Positions 1 to 10,700 of a stretch of DNA of 64,000 bases are shown piece by piece. This stretch comes from an uncultured Planctomycetia bacterium (GTDB taxonomy: Bacteria > Planctomycetota > UBA8108 > UBA1146). Positions within the stretch are counted from its first letter, which is position 1. Every line of letters starts with the position of its first letter. Below the pieces are notes generated by a model. That model saw only the letters and a program-made list of their open reading frames with translations. It was not told where the DNA came from and searched no databases. The stretch lies in contig CAZSDP010000003.1 of NCBI GenBank assembly GCA_964605665.1, positions 24,941-88,940 on the forward strand. Direction: 5' to 3'. Made by a program: the position numbers and the translations under genes.

Positions 1-107
1 TGCTCACTCGTCACGAATCCCCCACCGCAATCGATCGCTCACTGGTGGCGTGAGCATTCCCCGGCCAAACAAAGTGAGGAAAAGACCTCTCCCCGAGCCA
101 ACGACGC

Positions 108-2930
108 TTAGAACCGATACGCTCCCGGTTGCGGACGCAGAGGACGGGGGAGCCACTCTGGGCGACGAAGCTCTCCCTCTGGAGGTTTCGCCTTGGCGAG
201 CCACTCTCGGTGTGCCTCTCGCGATTTTTTCGGATCGACCACCACATCTCCATACTGATCGCCGGGCCCAGCCTTCGAAACTTCCACCACATGATGCCAA
301 CAGTTCATTCCACTGACCGGATCACTCTGGGGAGGGAAAGTGAGATTCTGGTGAACCCCAGCTTCTTTCCACCAAGTCCTCTGAGTATCGGGATCGGACG
401 ACTCGAATGGTTCATTCGGTTCGACAACCCGCAATCTCATCTCACCGGTGACCAAAGGCTCAAATCGAATCGTGGCGCTCGACCACTTCGATCCGGTACC
501 TCCTTCGATCCTCCAACGCCCCATGTGGTGAGAACAGGCGACAACTCCCGGGCGCACTCCATCGGTCACGCGGGCTCGATTGATGAAGTGACCGATGCGG
601 GTCTGAACCTTGATCAGATCTCCGTCAGAGATGCTGTGTCGATCCGCATCTTCGGGATGCATCCAGACAGGATTCGCGTGGGAGATCTCGCCGAGGTGTT
701 TCGAGTTTCCTGATCGACTGTGGATCATCGTCGGCAATCGAAAGGTGGGAACCAGGGTGTAAACCCCCTTCTCCGGGTTGATGCGATCGGGGCCGACATG
801 GCTCGGCGAACACCGGGGAAGCGCTTCTTCTTCGAAACCCCATTCCGCAAGGGTTTGCGAATGGACCTCGATGCGCCGACTCGGAGTGGGGAACCCTTTC
901 CGAATCGCCCCATCCACCGCGAGTCCGACCACGTTTCCATCCACGGTAGCAAGACCCGATGTCACCTCCACGCGGGCTTTCGTTCCATCGGGAAGGTCCA
1001 CCGGCTGTTCGTGCACCCGATACGCGCCGCGCTCGAGCTCAAAAGATCCGACTCGGCGCATGTACTCGAGAGGTTCAAAACCCGCTTCTTTCGCCTTCTC
1101 CGGGAGTCCTGGCACTGCGTTCTCGAAGATCCAACGATAGTACTCATCCACCGTGACCTTCTCCCCTGGACGATAGGGAGATTCATAGTGTTGGCGGATT
1201 CCCAGCGCCCCTTCGGGATCGATTCTCCACGTCAATTCGATCCAGAACTCATCCTCTTCCCAGACTTCACCAGGATTGTGCTGACGCGTATCGAGGGTCT
1301 CTTCTCCAGACAGCGCCGAATGGGCACGGGCAACCGGCTGCCGGAAACTCACCCAGCGTCCGGCGTGAGTTTCCTGGCTCTGAATGTCGTGCCGCTCCGC
1401 GGCATGTCCCATCGGAAGTACAAAGTCAGCAAAGTAAGAGGTCTCATTCCAGGTGGGAGTCAGCGCCACATAGCAGCCGACTTTCTTCTGGTCGCGCAGC
1501 ATCTCCATCCACGAGAACCCATCAGGGTAGGTCCAGACCGGATTGAAAACCCGCGTGAAGTAAGTATCGATCTTCCCACGACCATCGAGCACAAGATGGG
1601 GAAGGATGTGGCTCATCTCGTAGAAGCTGAGGGGATATTCCTTCGGCCAGATCAGCTCGTTCCAGCGTTCCGGTCCCGAGGTCTTGGTCCAGAATTCAGG
1701 TTTGAACTTATGCCAGGCACTGGGGCTGGTTCCCCCTTCTTGCCCCACCGCACCGACCAACGCGGTCAGCAAACAGAGCGCTCGAGCGATCTGCCAGCCG
1801 CCCTCATTTCCGCTGGCGGCGCTGCGCCAAATATGAGCGGCCACCCGAGGACCTGCGCGACGAAGTTCTGCGGCCAGTTGCTCGATCTGCTCCGGCGTGA
1901 TGCCGGAAAGTTCAGCTGCTCTTTGAGGAGAGTACTCGGCGAGATCGTCTCGAAGTCTCTCGAGGAAAGTCTCGAGATCCTGCGTCGCGTCGGGGTGGAT
2001 CGCCCGCAGGTAGCCGCGCCAATCGACCCAGTTGCTCACGAACTCGCGGTCGACTCCATCTTGCTCGAGGAGTAAACCGATCGTCGACAGCAGCACTGCA
2101 GCTTCGGTTCCTGGTCGAGTTGAGAGCCACAAGTCCGCACGGCTTGCCGTATTGGAGAGCCGAGGATCGAGCACCACGATTCTCGCCCCCCGCTGCTTCG
2201 CATCGATGATGCGCTGCGCATGGGGATTGAAGTAATGTCCCGACTCCAGATGTGCGGAGATCAAGAGGATCAGCTGAGCGTTTTCGTAATCAGGAGATGG
2301 TCGATCGTAGCCCCATGTCAGCTGATAGCCCGCACGGGCGGATGCGGAGCAGACGGTGGTGTGTGAGTTGTGTCCGTCGATTCCCCAAGCTGCCAGTAGA
2401 CGCTCCATGAACGCCTCGTGGCCGGGGCGACCGACGTGATACATCACCTCTTCTCCGCGTCCCTCCTCGATCGCGGTGCGAATCCTCGTGGCGATCTCGT
2501 CGATCGCTTCATCCCAGCTACACGGCTCGAACTTTCCTCGACCACGGGGACCCACCCGTTTCATCGGAGTCAGAATCCGCTCTGGATCTCGGAGTTGATT
2601 GAGGGTCGCAGGTCCCTTCGCACAGTTTCGGCCCCGTGAACCGGGGTGGAGTGGATTGCCCTCGATCCGAGAAATCTCTCCGGAGTCTTGATCGATGTAG
2701 GCGAGCAGCCCGCACCCCGCTTCGCAATTGAAGCAGGTCGTCGGGACGAGAGAGTAGCGGTGAGGGACCCGCTGGGCGTCCTGTTCTTCCCAATGGTCCC
2801 ATCGCTCGAAGGGGGGATAGTGAGACAATCTCCCATCGGGAAGTCGCTCGGGATATGGCTGACTCTTGGTGGGGGGAACCAAACCGAGAGACGCCGCCCA
2901 CTGTTCGATTTTGCTGACCTTACGGGGCAT
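108..2930 (-). CDS. Molybdopterin (bis-MGD) oxidoreductase catalytic subunit, complex iron-sulfur molybdoenzyme family (polysulfide/thiosulfate/tetrathionate-reductase-like)
   Basis: About 940 aa. The N-terminal 4Fe-4S motif C-x2-C-x3-C...C (TTCFNCEAGCGLL...GRNCAKG) is typical of Mo-bisPGD enzymes. It is co-oriented with the FeS/NrfD gene and overlaps it by about 14 nt. The track ORF runs to 3116, but the start was moved to the Met of MPRKVSKIEQ at about 2930 to avoid that overlap; 2990 is also possible. No clear Tat RRxFLK motif is seen. Confidence 0.75.
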   Translation of the reverse strand: MPRKVSKIEQWAASLGLVPPTKSQPYPERLPDGRLSHYPPFERWDHWEEQDAQRVPHRYSLVPTTCFNCEAGCGLLAYIDQDSGEISRIEGNPLHPGSRGRNCAKGPATLNQLRDPERILTPMKRVGPRGRGKFEPCSWDEAIDEIATRIRTAIEEGRGEEVMYHVGRPGHEAFMERLLAAWGIDGHNSHTTVCSASARAGYQLTWGYDRPSPDYENAQLILLISAHLESGHYFNPHAQRIIDAKQRGARIVVLDPRLSNTASRADLWLSTRPGTEAAVLLSTIGLLLEQDGVDREFVSNWVDWRGYLRAIHPDATQDLETFLERLRDDLAEYSPQRAAELSGITPEQIEQLAAELRRAGPRVAAHIWRSAASGNEGGWQIARALCLLTALVGAVGQEGGTSPSAWHKFKPEFWTKTSGPERWNELIWPKEYPLSFYEMSHILPHLVLDGRGKIDTYFTRVFNPVWTYPDGFSWMEMLRDQKKVGCYVALTPTWNETSYFADFVLPMGHAAERHDIQSQETHAGRWVSFRQPVARAHSALSGEETLDTRQHNPGEVWEEDEFWIELTWRIDPEGALGIRQHYESPYRPGEKVTVDEYYRWIFENAVPGLPEKAKEAGFEPLEYMRRVGSFELERGAYRVHEQPVDLPDGTKARVEVTSGLATVDGNVVGLAVDGAIRKGFPTPSRRIEVHSQTLAEWGFEEEALPRCSPSHVGPDRINPEKGVYTLVPTFRLPTMIHSRSGNSKHLGEISHANPVWMHPEDADRHSISDGDLIKVQTRIGHFINRARVTDGVRPGVVACSHHMGRWRIEGGTGSKWSSATIRFEPLVTGEMRLRVVEPNEPFESSDPDTQRTWWKEAGVHQNLTFPPQSDPVSGMNCWHHVVEVSKAGPGDQYGDVVVDPKKSREAHREWLAKAKPPEGELRRPEWLPRPLRPQPGAYRF

Positions 2931-2943
2931 CTCTCCCCTCCAT

Positions 2944-4629
2944 TCACGCCAAGGGGAGTCGCTGCGGGGTGTCGATCCAAAGATGTTCATAGATCGCGAC
3001 TCCCACCAAGGCCAGGAGTGCGGCGACCGCGGAAACGACCGGATTCTCCGTCCAAAGCAGGGAAATCGCCAAGAGATGGCCCAGGCCGAGGGAGGCACCA
3101 TAGAGCCACCATCCACGTGAGCCGCTCACCAACAATCGGCGAGCTCGAGAAGCGGCATCGCTCGCATGACGTCCGTGCAACTCCGCGACGATCAACAGAG
3201 CATCGACCCCCACTGCGATCGCCAAGATCGGAGCGAGTTCGGAAAGCTCACTGGGGGAGACAATCAGCAAAGTGGCGCAACCCGCGACGAACGCCTGAAC
3301 CAGCAAGTGCACCGGAACCAACGGGGATTGCCACAAGTCTCGCCCCTTCGCCTGACCGAAAAGCCAACCTGAGTACGCGGCGGTGGCGGCGGCGAGAATC
3401 CCCCCGACGATGCTCCACCCACCCCCGGGGGAACCCGGGAAGAAAAACCACCCCGTGAGGAGAATGCCGTAGGCGGTGATGATGTAGGCGCCTCGAACGA
3501 GCCATGAACTCCATTGCGGGCGCAGCAAGACCCAATGAAATCGCTCTGGGCGCTTCAAGTCGGCAACGAGCAGCCCTCCGGTGACCGCTAAGAAAATGAG
3601 TGCGATCAGGACTCCGAGAGAAAATGCGCTCTTCAGGAACTCCTCTGGCATCCCGGTAAATCCGAGAACTGCCGGAACCAAGAAGCCCCCCGCCGCGATC
3701 GACTTAGTGAACAGGTAACCGCTGACTTTCCAACCCCAGCTCGCCGCATGTCGTTGAGCGATGTCAAAAGTCCGAACCGGACCAGAACTCGACGTGGGTC
3801 CGGGAAACTCCACCGAAGTACGTCGAGTCACCGCGGAAGTCGCAGCCCCCCCCGCTGTCTTCAAAGAGAGCTGCGCATCGGAATTGGAATCGGTTCCATT
3901 ACTGTGCTGCGTTGCGCTCGCAGGTGTGCTCAACTTCTGCACGAATCTCGCCAGGCTACCCTCTCCCAAACCCGCCGCGAGTTCTTGCTGACGATCGACC
4001 GCATCGAGGGGACGCTCTCCCCAAAGAGTGCGGCTAGCCCGGCGAGCAGCGAAGGGATCGAGAGCTTGACGATCCCCCTCGATATAGGCGAGTTTCGGAT
4101 GGGTTCCCTTCTCCGGTCTACGAACGGTCGTCTGTTCCTGAGCATGCAACCGAGCGATCTTCGACTCGGGGTCGGAAAGATCACCCGTGATGATCGCTTC
4201 GGCGGGACAGACCACGACACACGCCGGCTCCCGACCGACATCGACGCGGTGGGCACAGTAGTTACACTTCGTCGCGGTTCCCGATTCCGGGTGGAGAGTG
4301 ATCGCATCGTAGGGGCAAGCCTGCATACATGCTTTACAACCGATGCATCGATCTGGAGCGAAGTCGACAATCCCATCGGCACGCGTCTCCAGACTCGCGG
4401 TCGGGCAAATCTCCACACAAGGTGCATGTGCGCAGTGATTGCAGCGCAAGACGTGGAATCCGCGGGTCACTTCGGGCCAAGTCCCCTTTTCGAGGTATTG
4501 CACCCAAGTCTTGTTGATCCCAATCGGGTCGGAATGCTCCGTCTTGCAGGCGACGGTGCAGGCATGACAACCGATGCAACGTCGATTATCGATGATGAAA
4601 CCATAGTTGGGGGTCCGTGTCCTCGTCAT
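2944..4629 (-). CDS. 4Fe-4S ferredoxin electron-transfer subunit fused to an NrfD/PsrC-like integral membrane anchor
   Basis: The N-terminal 200 aa carry four CxxCxxCxxxCP ferredoxin motifs (CIGCHACTVAC, CNHCAHAPCVEICP, CIGCKACMQACP, CNYCAHRV...CPAEA). The C-terminal 280 aa are multi-pass hydrophobic and NrfD-like. It is encoded upstream of the Mo subunit. Confidence 0.75.
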   Translation of the reverse strand: MTRTRTPNYGFIIDNRRCIGCHACTVACKTEHSDPIGINKTWVQYLEKGTWPEVTRGFHVLRCNHCAHAPCVEICPTASLETRADGIVDFAPDRCIGCKACMQACPYDAITLHPESGTATKCNYCAHRVDVGREPACVVVCPAEAIITGDLSDPESKIARLHAQEQTTVRRPEKGTHPKLAYIEGDRQALDPFAARRASRTLWGERPLDAVDRQQELAAGLGEGSLARFVQKLSTPASATQHSNGTDSNSDAQLSLKTAGGAATSAVTRRTSVEFPGPTSSSGPVRTFDIAQRHAASWGWKVSGYLFTKSIAAGGFLVPAVLGFTGMPEEFLKSAFSLGVLIALIFLAVTGGLLVADLKRPERFHWVLLRPQWSSWLVRGAYIITAYGILLTGWFFFPGSPGGGWSIVGGILAAATAAYSGWLFGQAKGRDLWQSPLVPVHLLVQAFVAGCATLLIVSPSELSELAPILAIAVGVDALLIVAELHGRHASDAASRARRLLVSGSRGWWLYGASLGLGHLLAISLLWTENPVVSAVAALLALVGVAIYEHLWIDTPQRLPLA

Positions 4630-4864
4630 AGAACGAAGAGTACCCGAAGCGACGCGAAGGGTACAACGAGACGGCGAAGGTCTTCTCCGCTATTTTCGGG
4701 GGGAACACCGGTCAAAGCAGAGTGGCGTCCTTGACCGCCATCGAGATAGGTGCGACCTTCAAGCCCCCGAATCGGGCACATTCCCCCACGGGGACGCGGC
4801 GGTTGTCGCGGTAAACGGGCCCGCTCCGCTGGTCGAGAGCGTTGAATGAAGGAGTGACCGAGGC

Positions 4865-7732
4865 GTGACGTCTCAATCGCAACCCATCTCGAGCGAATTC
4901 GACGGGCCGAGACCTCCCGTGGAACCTCGGAGAGTCTTCCTCGGTCGCGAGCAGCCGCTGCTGGAGGCGGTGTCGGGGCGTCTCCTCCACCGCTCCACCC
5001 CAGCCCGGGATGGCGCAGCGATCGATCTCCGCGGCCTCTTGCTCCTCTTACCGGGCAAGCGAGCGGTGCGTCTCCTTCGTCAACGCCTGGTCGAAGACGC
5101 CGCTGAGCAAGGGCGCGGCGTTCTTCTTCCCAAAATGGTCACCCCCCAACAGTTTCGGTCGACTCTCTGCCGCGAGCGCCGACGAATCGCCACCCCACTG
5201 GAAACTCACCTCGCCTGGAATACAGCATTGGAAGCAGCCTCCCCGAAGAGCCGATCTCTCCTCCTTCCCGTCGATCTCACCATATCTTCTCCAGCCATCG
5301 CTCGACTTGCCCAGCGACTCGATCGACTGGCGAGGACCCTCGCAGAAGAGAGAATTCCCCTAGAGAACCCCGCTCGAATGGCGGAGAGCTCGGGAGCGAC
5401 CGAAGACTTTGCCCGACTAAAGTTTTTTGAGGCTCTCGGAGAAGATGTGGCTCAACGCCTCCTCCGAGTGGAACGGTCGACGGAGTTTCAACTTGCAGAG
5501 GAGGAGTTCGAGGACCCAGGACAGGTGATCGCGATCGGACTCTTCGATCCTCGAGGAAGAGTTCGGGAGCTACTCCAACGCCTTCGTCATCTCGAAGTCT
5601 GGATCTACGGCGAGGAGAGTGAATCAGATCGATTCGATCATCACGGATCACTCCAGTCGCCGCTCCCGTCGGAAGATCCGCTCCAAACAGAGAGCGAAGG
5701 CGCCGTTCACCGATCGCACTCCTTCCCAGATGAGAATTTCTGGATTGCACGCGACCCTGCCGAGGCAGTGCGACTCGCGGTTGAGAAGGTGGAGCGCGCC
5801 AGAAATACTGGGCAATCCCCATCGATTTGCGTTCTCGATCGGGAACTCAAGCCATTGATCGTCGACCGCCTGCAACGCCGAGGATTCCGAGTGCACGACA
5901 ATGCCAGCCGCTCGGTGCTACTCACTTCCCCCGGTCGGTTCATCACCGCGCTCCGCACCCTTCTCGAAGAGGAGCATTTCTCCGCCCTCGCAGCCTTCCT
6001 CCGGCATCCCAATGTGGAGGTTGCGGCAGAGCAGCGGCTCCCGACCTCGAAGAGTGGTGCCAGCCTTCTGAAGCTGGTCGACGAACTCTCGGCGACTTCC
6101 CTTCCTGGTCGCTGGAAATCCCTCCCCGACCGAGCGGAGTGGTTACGGCACTGCATCGCACCGTGGGTCGATCGATTCCTCGGGCCAGCGCAACCGGTCG
6201 CTCGCTGGGCAGAACATATTGCGGAGCAGATCGACCGCACCTTCCCCGGGGAAGAAGAGACCCCTGCAATCGAGATGATCCACTCCGCCATCGCCGAGCT
6301 CGCCGCGATCCCCGACCGGCTTGCCGATCCGCGAGGAGCGGTCGAAGCGTTGCGACTTCTCGAAGGCCAATTGGCAGAGCATTTCCTTCCTCTCCAAACC
6401 GAGGAGGGAGCGATCGAACTGATCGGTTGGCTCGAGGCAGAATTCGATCCTTCCCCTTCGCTGATCGTCATCGGTGCGAATGAGGGAACTCTTCCAACTC
6501 AGTCCTCGTCGATCGACCCCCTCCTCTCCAGGCAAGTCTGCCGAGCATTGCACCTCGATCGGGCGACCGAACAGCTCACTCGCGATGCGTGGATCGTGCA
6601 CAATCTGTTACAAGGACAGAAACAGGTCACGTGGATTTCTTCGCGCCAGTCTCTCGAAGGCGAAGGACTCCATCCAACACGCTTCTGGCTCGAGGAGGAA
6701 TCGACTCGAACCGAGCGAGTTCGTCGGTTCTACGGTGAGACCTCCGCACCTGCGATCTCCTCCCCCCTTCTCCCCTCCCAAGATGAAGGACCCGCGTTGG
6801 CGCTACCGACGCCGCACCAACCTGATCCACCGATCACGCGCGTTTCGGTCACCGGATTGGGGGAATACCTTCAGTGCCCATACACCTTCTATCTGCGAAG
6901 AGTGCTCAAACTCAAAGAAGTGAATGACCACTCTGACGAACTCGACCCCCTCCACTTCGGCAACCGGATCCATCACGTGCTCGAAGCACTCGGACGTGAG
7001 AAATCTCTCCTCGAAGTCGATGACGCGGAACAGATCACGGCTTTTCTCGATGAGACCCTCGCGGCGCATGTTCACCACACTCACGGGAGTCACCCCTCTG
7101 CGGTCGTCAGAATCCAACATGAACAGATGTCAGAGAGGCTCTCCGCATTCGCAGATTGGCAAGCGAACTCGGTTCGAGATGGCTGGAGAATCTACCGAGT
7201 CGAAGAGGAGATTCCCGCGCGATCCCCCAACTTCCCGATCAGCGATGATCTCATCTTCACTCTGACCGGAATCATCGACCGCATCGACCTCCACGAAGAT
7301 GGACGCAGAGTTCGGATCATCGACTACAAGACCGGCGAACAAGGCACCAGACCGCGTCAAGCGCATCAGAAGGGACGTGGACAGAATCTCACTTGGAAGA
7401 GCCTTCAGCTGCCCCTCTACCGCCACTTCTTGCCGCTGCTGGGCATCGAGCGAGCTGAGACTGAAGTCGGGTTCGTTCTTCTGCCCCGGAACCCGAGCGA
7501 GATCGGCTTTGCAGCTGCTGATTGGCGAGAGGAAGACTTCGAACACGCGATCAGTACGGCCAAAGAGGCCCTCACCGCCATCCACCGCGGAATTTTCGGC
7601 CCACCGAAGCGGCTCTCTTCCCCGTGGGACAAGATCTTCGCGGGAGAAGAGGGGACCGGTGCCTCGACCCGATTGACCGATCGCCTTCAGGAAGATTCCC
7701 CCACCAACTCGCACGGAGAGGGAGTCGGATGA
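4865..7732 (+). CDS. addB: AddB-like subunit of an AddAB-type helicase-nuclease (PD-(D/E)XK nuclease, degenerate helicase-like N-terminus)
   Basis: 955 aa with a GTG start. The C-terminal RecB-family nuclease motifs are YLQCPYTFYLRR ... GIIDRIDL ... RIIDYKTGE. No Walker A is visible in the N-terminal half. The stop overlaps the start of the helicase gene (ATGA). Confidence 0.6.
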   Translation: MTSQSQPISSEFDGPRPPVEPRRVFLGREQPLLEAVSGRLLHRSTPARDGAAIDLRGLLLLLPGKRAVRLLRQRLVEDAAEQGRGVLLPKMVTPQQFRSTLCRERRRIATPLETHLAWNTALEAASPKSRSLLLPVDLTISSPAIARLAQRLDRLARTLAEERIPLENPARMAESSGATEDFARLKFFEALGEDVAQRLLRVERSTEFQLAEEEFEDPGQVIAIGLFDPRGRVRELLQRLRHLEVWIYGEESESDRFDHHGSLQSPLPSEDPLQTESEGAVHRSHSFPDENFWIARDPAEAVRLAVEKVERARNTGQSPSICVLDRELKPLIVDRLQRRGFRVHDNASRSVLLTSPGRFITALRTLLEEEHFSALAAFLRHPNVEVAAEQRLPTSKSGASLLKLVDELSATSLPGRWKSLPDRAEWLRHCIAPWVDRFLGPAQPVARWAEHIAEQIDRTFPGEEETPAIEMIHSAIAELAAIPDRLADPRGAVEALRLLEGQLAEHFLPLQTEEGAIELIGWLEAEFDPSPSLIVIGANEGTLPTQSSSIDPLLSRQVCRALHLDRATEQLTRDAWIVHNLLQGQKQVTWISSRQSLEGEGLHPTRFWLEEESTRTERVRRFYGETSAPAISSPLLPSQDEGPALALPTPHQPDPPITRVSVTGLGEYLQCPYTFYLRRVLKLKEVNDHSDELDPLHFGNRIHHVLEALGREKSLLEVDDAEQITAFLDETLAAHVHHTHGSHPSAVVRIQHEQMSERLSAFADWQANSVRDGWRIYRVEEEIPARSPNFPISDDLIFTLTGIIDRIDLHEDGRRVRIIDYKTGEQGTRPRQAHQKGRGQNLTWKSLQLPLYRHFLPLLGIERAETEVGFVLLPRNPSEIGFAAADWREEDFEHAISTAKEALTAIHRGIFGPPKRLSSPWDKIFAGEEGTGASTRLTDRLQEDSPTNSHGEGVG

Positions 7733-10700
7733 TTTCGCAGTTTCCTTGCCATCGCCTGATCCGAGCCTCCGCAGGGTCTGGCAAAACCTACGATCTGGTC
7801 CACCGTTACATCGGTCTGATCTCAACGGGAGTCGACCCGACCCGGATCTTGGCGACCACCTTTACCAGAAAGGCTGCCGGAGAGATCCTCGGAAGGATTT
7901 TGCTCCGACTCGCCGAAGCGACGATCGATACCGAAAAACGCGCGGAGATGAATCGGTCGCTTCCGGGCCCGCTCGACGGTGAAAGCACCGAAGCGCTCCT
8001 TCGGTCGATGTGCCGAAAACTCCCCGAGCTGCAGATCGAAACTCTCGACGCGGTCTTCCATCGCATCGCATCTGTTCACTCCCTAGAACTCGATCTTCCT
8101 CCAGACTGGAAGATCGGAGATCAGGCGACACTCGCTCGAATTCGCCAACGAGCGATTCATGATTGGCTCGAAAAAGACCCAGCGGTCGCCCTCGAGGTGA
8201 TGAGGCGGTTGAGTCGCGGAGATCTTCAACGATCGGTGACGAAGCAGGTCGATGAGTTGATCGTCGAGCTTCATTCATTGTGGATCGAGTCTCCAGAGAA
8301 AGCCTGGGATACCTTCGTCGTTCCTCCCGCTCCGGGAAACGATGAGTTGAAAGACGCCGTCTGTTCACTCAAGTCACTCTCGATTCCTCAAACAAAAAGT
8401 GGGGCTCCCAGAAAGCGCTACAAGAACGCCCACCAGAAGATCTTGGAGACTCTGGAGACTGCGGACTACACACAGTTCATCAAACAGACCTTGATCCAAA
8501 AAGTCCTCGACCACTCGGGACGATTCGACTCGGCAGAGATTCCCTCCAGCTGGACCGAGGCGCTCGAGGTGCCGATCGAGTTTGCTCGCCATCAAGAGCT
8601 GAAGCACCTCACACAGCAGAATTGTGCGAGTCGTGACTTACTCGCCGCCTATGACCGGCTCGAGACCACTCGCCAAGATGACCAAGGACTCTATGACTTT
8701 TTGACCGTGACAAGACGGATCGCCGAGAGAAGTCTCACCGAGGAGATCCATGCGGTTTATGAGAGAATCGACGGCCGCATCGACCATCTCTTACTCGATG
8801 AGTTTCAAGATACCTCTCTGCTCCAGTGGTGTGTTCTGGCACCGATCGTGGAGGAACTGAGCTCGGGGCCTCCTCTTGAGCGATCGGTCTTCTGTGTCGG
8901 CGATGCGAAACAGGCGATCTACGGCTGGCGAGGAGGACGACGGGAACTCTTCGATGTGGTCGAGAACTACCTCGGACCTGAGTCTTCCCGAAGCAAAGAG
9001 GTCAGTTTCCGTTCATCTCCGGTGATCCTCGATGTGGTCAATCAAGTCTTCTCCAAGGTCGAGATGAGCTTCGACGAGGAGCAGGATGCAGAGACCGCAA
9101 AGGAGTGGCGCGCCGACTTCCCACCACACCGTGCTCATCAAGAAGAACTTCCCGGGTACGCCGAACTCCGCATCGCGAGAGCAGACTCAGCAGGTGGGGC
9201 CCCGGGGCTCACCGTCTATCTCCGGGCGATAGAGACCGTCCTCGAGCTTCAGAACCGAGATCCTGACTGCTCGATCGGAGTTCTCCTCCGCAAGAACAAA
9301 CTGGTCGCTCCGATGATCGATCTACTGCGAGAAGCGGGGATCGATGCGAGTCAAGATGGGGGGAACCCACTCACCGATTCACCTGCGGTCAATCGCATCC
9401 TCGCGTGTCTGACCATCGCAGATCACCCGGGAGATCGCGCCTCCGCCTTCGCCGTCATCGAATCGCGTCTCGGTGAGTTCTTGGGACTCAGTGATCCGGC
9501 AGATGTCGGTCGAACCGCCGAGGTGGGACGCCGAATTCGCGCGGACCTATTGCAGGGCGGATATGGTGAAACGGTGGCTCGCCTCGCTCAAGCGATCGCT
9601 CCATCGTGCAACGATCGCGATCGTTCACGACTTGAACAGTTGATTCGCTTTGCCGCTCGCTTTGATGACGAAAGAGGATTGCGCCCGCGTGAGTTCATCG
9701 AAAAAGTCTCACAAATTCCGATCGAGTCTCCATCCGGATCCCCCGTCAAAGTGATGACGATGCATCGCTCAAAAGGGCTCGAATTCGATGCCGTGATTCT
9801 CCCGCAACTGGTCGATAGTTGGTTTTCACCCACTCCAAAAATGCTCGCTACCGCAAGTGATCCGATCTTGCCCGCCGATCGGATCACCCGATATCCCAAT
9901 GAAGCGCTTCGTCTCCTTTGCCCCGAACAGCTCGACCCGATCTATCAGCTCTACCGTAAGGAGAGGATCACCGAAGCGATCAGTCTCTTGTATGTTGCCC
10001 TGACCCGCGCTCGCCATGGTCTCTATCTTTGGGTTCCGGAGAGGAAGAAAGAGGGGAAGTCTCTCAACTTCGCCAAACTACTCCTCCAGAGCCTCTGCTC
10101 TGACCGCGAGGGGGAAAATGACCAGCAACTCGAGTTGGACGATGAAAGTGACCTTCCCATCTTCCAAACAGGCGATGAAAATTGGATCGAGACTCTGCAG
10201 AAGACCTCCACAGCAGAACTCCCCAAGGGAGAAGATGCCCTGGTCGAAGCGACGATCGACCTCTCCGACGAGGCCACGGTGCCAGAAGTGGGGCGATCTC
10301 CAGACACTCTGCCACCACCATCTCAGCGTCGATCAATCCCGCTCCAGACCTCAGTCGTGGATCCACTCCAACTTGCAAAACGAAGGCGAGCGCGAAGACT
10401 GGGAATCGCCATCCACCGCCTGATCGAATCGATCACCTGGATCGAAGAGGGGGATCCCTCGGTCAGCGTGAATGAGAACGCGTCTCGTTTGGTCGGCGAG
10501 TACTTCCCATTTGCTGAACCGGCACTGGGTGCCGTTTTGCAGTTTCTGCAAATGCCAGAAGTTGAGGAACATTTCTCACAACTCCATACCCGAGCCCGCC
10601 TCACAGCGATCGCTGGTCGAGAACCGGACCACATCGATTGCGAACGCGAGTTCCTTTACGGACGCAATTCCCTCGACGCCACAACCCCCGAGATCGGCGT

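Noticed and set aside
720-2075. 451-aa ORF on the + strand (and many similar ORFs of 100-400 aa throughout, e.g. 5707-6471, 21142-22176, 25365-26090, 48661-49233, 62460-63419)
   Set aside because: These lie antisense to, or out of frame within, well-supported genes. Their translations are Arg/Pro/Ser-rich low-complexity sequence typical of spurious ORFs in high-GC DNA, and they have no motifs.
2930-3116. Upstream extension of the Mo-subunit ORF to 3116
   Set aside because: It would overlap the 3' end of the FeS/NrfD gene by 170 nt. The translation of the overlap (MDGGSMVPPSAWAISWRF...) is just the reverse-strand shadow of that gene. A start near 2930 is more plausible.
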